From Eledone cirrhosa (lineage: Eukaryota), in the NCBI GenBank assembly GCA_964016885.1, contig OZ024740.1, forward strand, positions 12,834,001 through 12,898,000: a DNA stretch of 64,000 nucleotides. The letters run 5' to 3'. The notes below the pieces were generated by a model. That model ran no database searches, had not been told where the DNA came from, and saw only the letters and a program-made list of their open reading frames with translations. Below are positions 38,151 to 51,300 of the stretch, in pieces (positions within the stretch are counted from its first letter, which is position 1; each line of letters starts with the position of its first letter). Made by a program: the position numbers and the translations under genes.

Positions 38151-41100
38151 GTCTAATATCTTGTCTCTAGTCTAATGTCTCTAGTCTAATGTCTTGTCTC
38201 TAGTCTAATGTCTCTAGTCTAATGTCTTGTCTCTAGTATAATGTCTTGTCTCTAGTCTAATGTCTCTAGTCTAATGTCTCTAGTCTAATGTCTTGTCTCT
38301 AGTCTAATGTCTCTAGTCTAATGTCTTGTCTCTAGTTTAATGCCTTGTCTCTAGTCTAATGTCTCTAGTCTAATGTCTTGTCTCTAGTCTAATGTCTTGT
38401 CTCTAGTCTAATGTCTCTAGTCTAATGTCTTGTCTCTAGTATAATGTCTCTAGTCTAATATGTTGTCTCTAGTCTAATGACTTGTCTCTAGCCTAATGTC
38501 TTGTCTCTAGTCTAATATCTTGTCTCTAGTCTAATGTCTTGTCTCTAGTCTAATGTCTTGACTCTAGTCTAATGTCTTGTCTCTAGTGTAATGTCTCTAG
38601 ACTATCTAGTCTAATGTCTCTAGGGTAATGTCCTGTCTCTAGTCTAATGTCACTAGTCTAATATCTTGTCTCTAGTCTAATGTCTCTAGTCTAATGTCTT
38701 GTCTCTAGTCTAATGTCTTGTCTCTAGTCTAATGTCTCTAGTCTAATGTCTTGTCTCTAGTCTAATGTATTGTCTCTAGTCTATTGTCTCTTGTCTAATG
38801 TCTTGTCTCTAGTATAATGTCTTGTCTCTAGTCTAATGTCTCTAGTCTAATATCTTGTCTCTAGTCTAATGTATTGTCTCTAGTCTATTGTCTCTTGTCT
38901 AATGTCTTGTCTCTAGTATAATGTCTTGTCTCTAGTCTAATGTCTCTAGTCTAATATCTTGTCTCTAGACTAATGTCTTGTCTCTACTCTAATGTCTCTA
39001 GTCTAATGTCTTGTCTCTAGTCTAATGTCTCTAGTCTAATGTCTCTAGTCTAATGTCTTGTCTCTAGTCTAACGTCTTGTCTCTAGTCTAATGTCTCTAG
39101 TTTAATGTCTTGTCTCTAGTCTAATGTCCTGTCTCTAGTCTAATGTCTTGTCTCTAGTCTAATGTCTTGTCTCTAGTCTAATGTCTCTAGTCTAATGTCC
39201 TGTCTCTAGTCTTATGTCTTGTCTCTAGTCTAATGTCTCTAGTCTAAAGTCTTGTCTCTAGTCTAATGACTCTAGTCTAATGTCTTGTCTCTAGTCTAAT
39301 GTCTTGTCTCTAGTCTAATGTCTTGTCTCTAGTCTAATGTCTTGTCTCTAGTATAATGTCTTGTCTCTAGTCTAATGTCTCTAGTCTAATGACTTGTCTC
39401 TACTCTAAAGTCTTGTCCCTAGTCTAATGTCTGTAGTCTAATGTCTTGTCTCTAGTCTAATGTCTTGTCTCTAGTATAATGTCTTGTCTCCAGTATAATG
39501 TCTCTAGTCTAATATCTTGTCTCTAGTCTAATGTCATCTCTAGTCTAATGTCTCTAGTCTATCTAGTCTAATGTCTCTAGTCTAATGTCTTTTCTCTAGT
39601 CTAATATCTCTAGTCTAATGTCTCTAGTCTAATGTCTTGTCTCTTGTCTAATGTCTTGTCTCTAGTCTAATGTCTTGTCTCTAGTCTAACGTCTTGTCTC
39701 TAGTCTAATGTCTCTAGTCTAATGTCTTGTTTCTAGTCTAATGTCTCTAGTCAAATGTCTTGTCTCTAGTCTAATGTCTCTAGTCTAATGTCATGTCTCT
39801 AGTCTAATATCTTGTCTCGAGTCTAATGTCTTGTCTCTAGTCTAATGTCTCTAGTCTAATGTCTTGTCTCTAGTCTAATATCTTGTCTTTAGTCTAATAT
39901 CTTGTCACTAATCTAATGTCTGGTCTCTAGTCTAATGTCTCTAGTCTAATGTATTGTCTCTAGTCTATTGTCTCTTGTCTAATGTCTTGTCTCTAGTATA
40001 ATGTCTTGTCTCTAGTCTAATGTCTCTAGTCTAATATCTTGTCTCTAGTCTAATGTATTGTCTCTAGTCTATTGTCTCTTGTCTAATGTCTTGTCTCTAG
40101 TATAATGTCTTGTCTCTAGTCTAATGTCTCTAGTCTAATATCTTGTCTCTAGACTAATGTCTTGTCTCTACTCTAATGTCTCTAGTCTAATGTCTTGTCT
40201 CAAGTCTAATGTCTCTAGTCTAATGTCTCTAGTCTAATGTCTTGTCTCTAGTCTAACGTCTTGACACTAGCCTAATGTCTTGTCTCTAGTGTAATGTCTC
40301 TAGCCTAATGTCTTGTCTCTAGTCTAATGTCTCTAGTTTAATGTCTTGTCTCTAGTCTAATGTCCTGTCTCTAGTCTATCTAGTCTAATGTCTCTAGTCT
40401 AATATCTCTAGTCTAATGTCTCTAGTCTAATGTCTTGTCTCTTGTCTAATGTCTTGTCTCTAGTCTAATGTCTCTTGTCTAATGTCTTGTCTCTAGTCTA
40501 ACGTCTTGTCTCTAGTCTAATGTCTCTAGTCTAATGTCTTGTTTCTAGTCTAATGTCTCTAGTCAAATGTCTTGTCTCTAGTCTAATGTCTCTAGTCTAA
40601 TGTCATGTCTCTAGTCTAATATCTTGTCTCGAGTCTAATGTCTTGTCTCTAGTCTAATATCTTGTCTTTAGTCTAATATCTTGTCACTAATCTAATGTCT
40701 GGTCTCTAGTCTAATGTCACTAGTCTAATGTATTGTCTCTAGTCTATTGTCTCTTGTCTAATGTCTTGTCTCTAGTATAATGTCTTGTCTCTAGTCTAAT
40801 GTCTCTAGTCTAATATCTTGTCTCTAGTCTAATGTACTGTCTCTAGTCTATTGTCTCTTGTCTAATGTCTTGTCTCTAGTATAATGTCTTGTCTCTACTC
40901 TAATGTCTCTAGTCTAATGTCTTGTCTCTAGTCTAATGTCTTGTCTCTAGTCTAATATCTTGTCTCTAGTCTAATGTCTCTAGTCTAATGTCTTGTCTCT
41001 AGTCTAATGTCTCTAGTCTAATGTCTTGTCTCTAGACTAATGTCTTGTCTCTACTCTAATGTCTCTAGTCTAATGTCTTGTCTCTAGTCTAATGTCTCTA

Positions 41101-43089
41101 GTCTAATGTCTCTAGTCTAATGTCTTGTCTCTAGTCTAACGTCTTGTCTCTAGTCTAATGTCTCTAGTTTAATGTCTTGTCTCTAGTCTAATGTCTTGTC
41201 TCTAGTCTAATGTCTTGTCTCTAGTCTAATGTCTTGTCTCTAGTCTAATGTCTCTAGTCTAATGTCCTGTCTCTAGTCTAATGTCTTGTCTCTAGTCTAA
41301 TGTCTCTAGTCTAAAGTCTTGTCTCTAGTCTAATGTCTCTAGTCTAATGTCTTGTCTCTAGTCTAATGTCTTGTCTCTAGTCTAATGTCTTGTCTCTAGT
41401 GTAATGTCTCTAGTCTAATGTATTGTCTCTAGTCTATTGTCTCTTGTCTAATGTCTTGTCTCTAGTATAATGTCTTGTCTCTAGTCTAATGTCTCTAGTC
41501 TAATATCTTGTCTCTAGTCTAATGTATTGTCTCTAGTCTATTGTCTCTTGTCTAATGTCTTGTCTCTAGTATAATGTCTTGTCTCTAGTCTAATGTCTCT
41601 AGTCTAATATCTTGTCTCTAGACTAATGTCTTGTCTCTACTCTAATGTCTCTAGTCTAATGTCTTGTCTCAAGTCTAATGTCTCTAGTCTAATGTCTCTA
41701 GTCTAATGTCTTGTCTCTAGTCTAACGTCTTGACACTAGCCTAATGTCTTGTCTCTAGTGTAATGTCTCTAGCCTAATGTCTTGTCTCTAGTCTAATGTC
41801 TCTAGTTTAATGTCTTGTCTCTAGTCTAATGTCCTGTCTCTAGTCTAACGTCTTGTCTCTAGTCTAATGTCTTGTCTCTAGTCTAATGTCTCTAGTCTAA
41901 TGTCTTGTCTCTAGTCTAATGTCTTGTCTCTAGTCTAATGTCTTGTCTCTAGTCTAATGTCTCTAGTCTAATGTCTCTAGTCTAATGTCTTGTCTCTAGT
42001 CTAATATCTTGTCTCTAGTCTAATGTCTTGACTCTAGTCTAATGTCTCTAGTCTAATGTCTTGTCTCTAGTCTAATGTCTTGTCTCTAGTCTAATGTCTC
42101 TAGTCTAATGTCTCTAGTCTAATGTCTTGTCTCTAGTCTAATGTCTTGTCTCTAGTCTAATGTCTCTAGTCTATCTAGTCTAATGTCTCTAGTCTAATGT
42201 CTTGTCTCTAGTCTAATATCTCTAGTCTAATGTCTCTAGTCTAATGTCTTGTCTCTTGTCTAATGTCTTGTCTCTAGTCTAATGTCTCTAGTCTAATGTC
42301 TTGTCTCTAGTCTAACGTCTTGTCTCTAGTCTAATGTCTCTAGTCTAATGTCTTGTTTCTAGTCTAATGTCTCTAGTCAAATGTCTTGTCTCTAGTCTAA
42401 TGTCTCTAGTCTAATGTCATGTCTCTAGTCTAATATCTTGTCTCGAGTCTAATGTCTTGTCTCTAGTCTAATATCTTGTCTTTAGTCTAATATCTTGTCA
42501 CTAATCTAATGTCTGGTCTCTAGTCTAATGTCACTAGTCTAATGTATTGTCTCTAGTCTATTGTCTCTTGTCTAATGTCTTGTCTCTAGTATAATGTCTT
42601 GTCTCTAGTCTAATGTCTCTAGTCTAATATCTTGTCTCTAGTCTAATGTACTGTCTCTAGTCTATTGTCTCTTGTCTAATGTCTTGTCTCTAGTATAATG
42701 TCTTGTCTCTAGTCTAATGTCTCTAGTCTAATATCTTGTCTCTAGTCTTATGTCTTGTCTCTACTCTAATGTCTCTAGTCTAATATCTTGTCTCTAGTCT
42801 TATGTCTTGTCTCTACTCTAATGTCTCTAGTCTAATGTCTTGTCTCTAGTCTAATGTCTTGTCTCTAGTCTAATATCTTGTCTCTAGTCTAATGTCTCTA
42901 GTCTAATGTCTTGTCTCTAGTCTAATGTCTCTAGTCTAATGTCTTGTCTCTAGTATAATGTCTTGTCTCTAGTCTAATGTCTCTAGTCTAATATCTTGTC
43001 TCTAAACTAATGTCTTGTCTCTACTCTAATGTCTCTAGTCTAATGTCTTGTCTCTAGTCTAATGTCTCTAGTCTAATGTCTCTAGTCTA

Positions 43090-46000
43090 ATGTCTTGTCT
43101 CTAGTCTAACGTCTTGTCTCTAGTCTAATGTCTCTAGTTTAATGTCTTGTCTCTAGTCTAATGTCTTGTCTCTAGTCTAATGTCTTGTCTCTAGTCTAAT
43201 GTCTTGTCTCTAGTCTAATGTCTTGTCTCTAGTCTAATGTCTCTAGTCTAATGTCCTGTCTCTAGTCTAATGTCTTGTCTCTAGTCTAATGTCTCTAGTC
43301 TAAAGTCTTGTCTCTAGTCTAATGTCTCTAGTCTAATGTCTTGTCTCTAGTCTAATGTCTTGTCTCTAGTCTAATGTCTTGTCTCTAGTGTAATGTCTCT
43401 AGTCTAATGTCTCTAGTCTAATGTCTTGTCTCTAGTCTAATATCTTGTCTCTAGTCTAATGTCTTGACTCTAGTCTAATGTCTCTAGTCTAATGTCTTGT
43501 CTCTAGTCTAATGTCTTGTCTCTAGTCTAATGTCTTGTCTCTAGTCTAATGTCTCTATTCTAATGTCTTGTCTCTAGTCTAATGTCTTGTCTCTAGTCTA
43601 ATGTCTTGTCTCTAGTCTAATGTCTTGTCTCTTGTCTAATGTCTCTAGTCTAATGTCTTGTCTCTAGTCTAATGTCTTGTCTCTAGTCTAATGTCTCTAG
43701 TCTAATGTCTTGTCTCTAGTATAATGTCTCTAGTCTAATATGTTGTCTCTAGTCAAATGACTTGTCTCTAGCCTAATGTCTTGTCTCTAGTCTAATATCT
43801 TGTCTCTAGTCTAATGTCTTGTCTCTAGTCTAATGTCTTGTCTCTAGTCTAATGTCTTGTCTCTAGTCTAATGTCTCTAGTCTAATGTCTTGTCTCTAGT
43901 ATAATGTCTCTAGTCTAATATATTGTCTCTAGTCTAATGACTTGTCTCTAGCCTAATGTCTTGTCTCTAGTCTAATAACTTGTCTCTAGGCTAATGTCCT
44001 GTCTCTAGTCTAATGTCACTAGTCTAATGTCTTGTGTCTAGTCTAATGTCTCTAGTCTAATGTCTTGTCTCTAGTCTAATGTCTTTTCTCTAGTCTAATG
44101 TCTCTAGTCTAATGTCTTGTCTCTAGTCTAATGTCTTGTCTCTAGTCTAATGTCTTGTCTCTAGTCTAATGTCTTGTCTCTAGTATAATGTCTTGTCTCT
44201 AGTCTAATGTCTCTAGTCTAATGACTTGTCTCTACTCTAATGTCTTGTCCCTAGTCTAATGTCTGTAGTCTAATGTCTTGTCTCTAGTCTAATGTCTTGT
44301 CTCTAGTATAATGTCTTGTCTCTAGTATAATGTCTCTAGTCTAATATCTTGTCTCTAGTTTAATGTCTCTAGTCTAATGTCTTGTCTCTAGTCTAATGTC
44401 TCTAGTCTAATGTCATCTCTAGTCTAATGTCTCTAGTCTATCTAGTCTAATGTCTCTAGTCTAATGTCTTGTCTCTAGTCTAATATCTCTAGTCTAATGT
44501 CTCTAGTCTAATGTCTTGTCTCTAGTCTAATGTTTGTCTCTAGTCTAATATCTTGTCTCTAGTCTAATGTCTTGTCTCTAGGCTCATGTCTTGTCTCTAG
44601 TCTCATGTCTTGTCTCTAGTCTAAAGTCATCTCTAGTCTAATGTCTCTAGTCTATCTAGTCTAATGTCTCTAGTCTAATGTCTTGTCTCTAGTCTAATAT
44701 CTCTAGTCTAATGTCTCTAGTCCAATGTCTTGTCTCTTGTCTAATGTCTTGTCTCTAGTCTAATGTCTCTAGTCTAATGTCTTATCTCTAGTCTAATGTC
44801 TCTAGTCTAATGTCTTGTCTCTAGTCTAACGTCTTGTCTCTAGTCTAATGTCTCTAGTCTAATGTCTTGTTTCTAGTCTAATGTCTCTAGTCAAATGTCT
44901 TGTCTCTAGTCTAATGTCTCTAGTCTAATGACTTGTTTCTAGTCTAAAGTATCTAGTCTAATGTCTCTAGTCTAAAGTCTTGTCTCTAGTCTAATGTCTT
45001 GTCTCTAGTCTAATGTCTTGTCTCTAGTCTAATGTCTTGTCTCTAGTATAATGTCTTGTCTATAGTCTAATGTCTCTAGTCTAATGACTTGTCTCTACTC
45101 TAATGTCTTGTCCCTAGTCTAATGTCTGTAGTCTAATGTCTTGTCTCTAGTCTAATGTCTTGTCTCTAGTATAATGTCTTGTCTCTAGTATAATGTCTCT
45201 AGTCAAATATCTTGTCTATAGTCTAATGTCTTGTCTCTAGTTAAATGTCTCTAGTCTAATGTTTTGTCTCTAGTCTAATGTCTCTAGTCTAATGCCTTGT
45301 CTCTAGTCTCATGTCTTGTCTCTAGTCTAATGTCATCTCTAGTCTAATGTCTCTAGTCTATCTAGTCTAATGTCTCTAGTCTAATGTCTTGTCTCTAGTC
45401 TAATATCTCTAGTCTAATGTCTCTAGTCCAATGTCTTGTCTCTTGTCTAATGTCTTGTCTCTAGACTAATGTCTCTAGTCTAATATCTTGTCTATAGTCT
45501 AATGTCTTGTCTCTAGTTTAATGTCTCTAGTCTAATGTTTGTCTCTAGTCTAATATCTTGTCTCTAGTCTAATGTCTTGTCTCTAGTCTCATGTCTTGTC
45601 TCTAGTCTCATGTCTTGTCTCTAGTCTAATGTCATCTCTATTCTAATGTCTCTAGTCTATCTAGTCTAATGTCTCTAGTCTAATGTCTTGTCTCTAGTCT
45701 AATATCTCTAGTCTAATGTCTTGTCTCTAGTCTAACGTCTTGTCTCTAGTCTAATGTCTCTAGTTTAATGTCTTGTCTCTAGTCTAATGTCTTGTCTCTA
45801 GTCTAATGTCTTGTCTCTAGTCTAATGTCTTGTCTCTAGTCTAATGTCTCTAGTCTAATGTCCTGTCTCTAGTCTAATGTCTTGTCTCTAGTCTAATGTC
45901 TCTAGTCTAAAGTCTTGTCTCTAGTCTAATGTCTCTAGTCTAATGTCTTGTCTCTAGTCTAATGTCTTGTCTCTAGTCTAATGTCCTGTCTCTAGTGTAA

Positions 46001-48300
46001 TGTCTCTAGTCTAATGTCTCTAGTCTAATGTCTTGTCTCTAGTCTAATATCTTGTCTCTAGTCTAATGTCTTGACTCTAGTCTAATGTCTCTAGTCTAAT
46101 GTCTTGTCTCTAGTCTAATGTCTTGTCTCTAGTCTAATGTCTTGTCTCTAGTCTAATGTCTCTATTCTAATGTCTTGTCTCTAGTCTAATGTCTTGTCTC
46201 TAGTCTAATGTCTTGTCTCTAGTCTAATGTCTTGTCTCTTGTCTAATGTCTCTAGTCTAATGTCTTGTCTCTAGTCTAATGTCTTGTCTCTAGTCTAATG
46301 TCTCTAGTCTAATGTCTTGTCTCTAGTATAATGTCTCTAGTCTAATATGTTGTCTCTAGTCAAATGACTTGTCTCTAGCCTAATGTCTTGTCTCTAGTCT
46401 AATATCTTGTCTCTAGTCTAATGTCTTGTCTCTAGTCTAATGTCTTGTCTCTAGTCTAATGTCTTGTCTCTAGTCTAATGTCTCTAGTCTAATATCTTGT
46501 CTCTAGTATAATGTCTCTAGTCTAATATGTTGTCTCTAGTCTAATGACTTGTCTCTAGCCTAATGTCTTGTCTCTAGTCTAATATCTTGTCTCTAGGCTA
46601 ATGTCCTGTCTCTAGTCTAATTTAACTAGTCTAATGTCTTGTGTCTAGTCTAATGTCTCTAGTCTAATGTCTTGACTCTAGTTAAATATCTTGTCTCTAG
46701 TCTAATGTCTCTAGTCTAATGCCTTGTCTCTAGTCTAATGTCTTTTCTCTAGTCTAATGTCTCTAGTCTAATGTCTTGTCTCTAGTCTAATGTCTTGTCT
46801 CTAGTCTAATGTCTTGTCTCTAGTATAATGTTTTGTCTCTAGTCTAATGTCTCTAGTCTAATGACTTGTCTCTACTCTAATGTCTTGTCCCTAGTCTAAT
46901 GTCTGTAGTCTAATGTCTTGTCTCTAGTCTAATGTCTTGTCTCTAGTATAATGTCTTGTCTCTAGTATAATGTCTCTAGTCTAATATCTTGTCTCTAGTT
47001 TAATGTCTCTAGTCTAATGTCTTGTCTCTAGTCTAATGTCTCTAGTCTAATGTCATCTCTAGTCTAATGTCTCTAGTCTATCTAGTCTAATGTCTCTAGT
47101 CTAATGTCTTGTCTCTATTCTAATATCTCTAGTCTAATGTCTCTAGTCTAATGTCTTGTCTCTAGTCTAATGTTTGTCTCTAGTCTAATATCTTGTCTCT
47201 AGTCTAATGTCTTGTCTCTAGGCTCATGTCTTGTCTCTAGTCTCATGTCTTGTCTCTAGTCTAATGTCATCTCTAGTCTAATGTCTCTAGTCTATCTAGT
47301 CTAATGTCTCTAGTCTAATGTCTTGTCTCTAGTCTAATATCTCTAGTCTAATGTCTCTAGTCCAATGTCTTGTCTCTTGTCTAATGTCTTGTCTCTAGTC
47401 TAATGTCTTGTTTCTAGTCTAATGTCTCTAGTCAAATGTCTTGTCTCTAGTCTAATGTCTCTAGTCTAATGTCTCTAGTCTAATGACTTGTTTCTAGTCT
47501 AAAGTATCTAGTCTAATGTCTCTAGTCTAAAGTCTTGTCTCTAGTCTAATGTCTTGTCTCTAGTCTAATGTCTTGTCTCTAGTCTAATGTCTTGTCTCTA
47601 GTATAATGTCTTGTCTATAGTCTAATGTCTCTAGTCTAATGACTTGTCTCTACTCTAATGTCTTGTCCCTAGTCTAATGTCTGTAGTCTAATGTCTTGTC
47701 TCTAGTCTAATGTCTTGTCTCTAGTATAATGTCTTGTCTCTAGTATAATGTCTCTAGTCAAATATCTTGTCTATAGTCTAATGTCTTGTCTCTAGTTAAA
47801 TGTCTCTAGTCTAATGATTTGTCTCTAGTCTAATGTCTCTAGTCTAATGCCTTGTCTCTAGTCTCATGTCTTGTCTCTAGTCTCATGTCTTGTCTCTAGT
47901 CTAATGTCATCTCTAGTCTAATGTCTCTAGTCTATCTAGTCTAATGTCTCTAGTCTAATGTCTTGTCTCTAGTCTAATATCTCTAGTCTAATGTCTCTAG
48001 TCCAATGTTTTGTCTCTTGTCTAATGTCTTGTCTCTAGACTAATGTCTCTAGTCTAATATCTTGTCTATAGTCTAATGTCTTGTCTCTAGTTTAATGTCT
48101 CTAGTCTAATGTTTGTCTCTAGTCTAATATCTTGTCTCTAGTCTAATGTCTTGTCTCTAGTCTTATGTCTTGTCTCTAGTCTCATGTCTTGTCTCTAGTC
48201 TAATGTCATCTCTAGTCTAATGTCTCTAGTCTATCTAGTCTAATGTCTCTAGTCTAATGTCTTGTCTCTAGTCTAATATCTCTAGTCTAATGTCTCTAGT
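43090..48300 (+). repeat. ~2.6-kb imperfect tandem duplication
   Basis: Markers ctctAttc 43557/46164 and agtCaaatgac 43754/46361 (offset 2607), GGCTCATG 44581/47221 (2640) and aaaGtatc 44949/47504 (2555). Confidence 0.8.
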
Positions 48301-51300
48301 CCAATGTCTTGTCTCTTGTCTAATGTCTTGTCTCTAGACTAATGTCTCTAGTCTAATGTCTTGTCTCTAGTCTAACGTCTTGTCTCTAGTCTAATGTCTC
48401 TAGTCTAATGTCTCTAGTCTAATGTCTTGTTTCTAGTCTAAAGTATCTAGTCTAATGTCTCTAGTCTAAAGTCTTGTCTCTAGTCTAATGTCTTGTCTCT
48501 AGTCTAATGTCTTGTCTCTAGTCTAATGTTTTGTCTCTAACCTAATGTCTCTAGTCTAATGTCTTGTCTCTAGTCTAACGTCTTGGCTCTAGTCTAATGT
48601 CTATAGTCTAATGTCTTGTTTCTAGTCTAATGTCTCAAGTCTAATGTTTTGTCTCTAGTCTAATGTCTTGTCTCTAGTCTAATGTCTTGTCTCTAGTCTA
48701 ACGTCTTGTCTCTAGTCTAATGTCTCTAGTGTAATGTCTTGTCTCTAGTCTAATGTGTTGTCTCTAGTCTAATGTCTCTAGTCTAATGTCATGTCTCTAG
48801 TCTAATATCTTGTCTCGAGTCTAATGTCTTGTCTCTAGCTTAATGTCTCTAGTCTAATGTCTTGTCTCTAGTCTAATATCTTGTCTCTAGTCTAATATCT
48901 TGTCACTAGTCTAATGTCTGGTCTCTAGTCTAATGTCTCTAGTCTAATGTATTGTCTCTAGTCTAATGTATTGTCTCTAGTCTATTGTCTCTTGTCTAAT
49001 GTCTTGTCTCTAGTATAATGTCTTGTCTCTAGTCTAATGTCTCTAGTCTAATATCTTGTCTCTAGTCTAATGTATTGTCTCTAGTCTATTGTCTCTTGCC
49101 TAATATCTTGTCTCTAGTATAATGTCTTGTCTCTAGTCTAATGACTCTAGTCTAATATATTGTCTCTAGTCTAATGTCTTGTCTCTACTCTAATGTCTCT
49201 AGTCTAATGTCTTGTCTCTAGTCTAATGTCTTGTCTCTAGTCTAATATCTTGTCTCTAGTCTAATGTCTCTAGTCTAATGTCTTGTCTCTAGTCTAATGT
49301 CTCTAGTCTAATGTCTTGTCTCTAGTATAATGTCTTGTCTCTAGTCTAATGTCTCTACTCTAATATCTTGTCTCTAGTCTAATGTCTTGTCTGTACTCTA
49401 ATGTCTCTAGTCTAATGTCTTGTCTCTAGTCTAATGTCTCTAGTCAAATGTCTCTAGTCTAATGTCTTGTCTCTACTCTAATGTCTTGTCTCTAGTCTAA
49501 CGTCTTGTCTCTAGTCTAATGTCTCTAGTGTAATGTCTTGTCTCTAGTCTAATGTCTTGTCTCTAGTCTAATGTCTTGTCTCTAGTCTAATGTCTTGTCT
49601 CCAGTCTAATGTCTCTAGTCTAATGTCCTGTCTCTAGTCTAATGTCTTGTCTCTAGTCTAATATCTTGTCTCTAGTCTAATATCTTTTCTCTAGTCTAAT
49701 GTCTGGTCTCTAGTCTAATGTATTGTCTCTAGTCTACTGTCTCGAGTCTAATATCTTGTCTCTAGTCTAATGTCTCTAGTCAAATGTCTTGTCTCTAGTC
49801 TAATGTCTCTAGTCTAATGTCTCTAGTCTAATGACTTGTTTCTAGTCTAAAGTATCTAGTCTAATGTCTCTAGGCTAAAGTCTTGTCTCTAGTCTAATGT
49901 CTTGTCTCTAGTCTAATGTCTTGTCTCTAGTCTAATGTCTTGTCTCTAGTATAATGTCTTGTCTATAGTCTAATGTCTCTAGTCTAATGACTTGTCTCTA
50001 CTCTAATGTCTTGTCCCTAGTCTAATGTCTGTAGTCTAATGTCTTGTCTCTAGTCTAATGTCTTGTCTCTAGTATAATGTCTTGTCTCTAGTATAATGTC
50101 TCTAGTCAAATATCTTGTCTATAGTCTAATGTCTTGTCTCTAGTTAAATGTCTCTAGTCTAATGATTTGTCTCTAGTCTAATGTCTCTAGTCTAATGCCT
50201 TGTCTCTAGTCTCATGTCTTGTCTCTAGTCTCATGTCTTGTCTCTAGTCTAATGTCATCTCTAGTCTAATGTCTCTAGTCTATCTAGTCTAATGTCTCTA
50301 GTCTAATGTCTTGTCTCTAGTCTAATATCTCTAGTCTAATGTCTCTAGTCCAATGTTTTGTCTCTTGTCTAATGTCTTGTCTCTAGACTAATGTCTCTAG
50401 TCTAATATCTTGTCTATAGTCTAATGTCTTGTCTCTAGTTTAATGTCTCTAGTCTAATGTTTGTCTCTAGTCTAATATCTTGTCTCTAGTCTAATGTCTT
50501 GTCTCTAGTCTTATGTCTTGTCTCTAGTCTCATGTCTTGTCTCTAGTCTAATGTCATCTCTAGTCTAATGTCTCTAGTCTATCTAGTCTAATGTCTCTAG
50601 TCTAATGTCTTGTCTCTAGTCTAATATCTCTAGTCTAATGTCTCTAGTCCAATGTCTTGTCTCTTGTCTAATGTCTTGTCTCTAGACTAATGTCTCTAGT
50701 CTAATGTCTTGTCTCTAGTCTAACGTCTTGTCTCTAGTCTAATGTCTCTAGTCTAATGTCTCTAGTCTAATGTCTTGTTTCTAGTCTAAAGTATCTAGTC
50801 TAATGTCTCTAGTCTAAAGTCTTGTCTCTAGTCTAATGTCTTGTCTCTAGTCTAATGTCTTGTCTCTAGTCTAATGTTTTGTCTCTAACCTAATGTCTCT
50901 AGTCTAATGTCTTGTCTCTAGTCTAACGTCTTGGCTCTAGTCTAATGTCTATAGTCTAATGTCTTGTTTCTAGTCTAATGTCTCAAGTCTAATGTTTTGT
51001 CTCTAGTCTAATGTCTTGTCTCTAGTCTAATGTCTTGTCTCTAGTCTAACGTCTTGTCTCTAGTCTAATGTCTCTAGTGTAATGTCTTGTCTCTAGTCTA
51101 ATGTGTTGTCTCTAGTCTAATGTCTCTAGTCTAATGTCATGTCTCTAGTCTAATATCTTGTCTCGAGTCTAATGTCTTGTCTCTAGCTTAATGTCTCTAG
51201 TCTAATGTCTTGTCTCTAGTCTAATATCTTGTCTCTAGTCTAATATCTTGTCACTAGTCTAATGTCTGGTCTCTAGTCTAATGTCTCTAGTCTAATGTAT

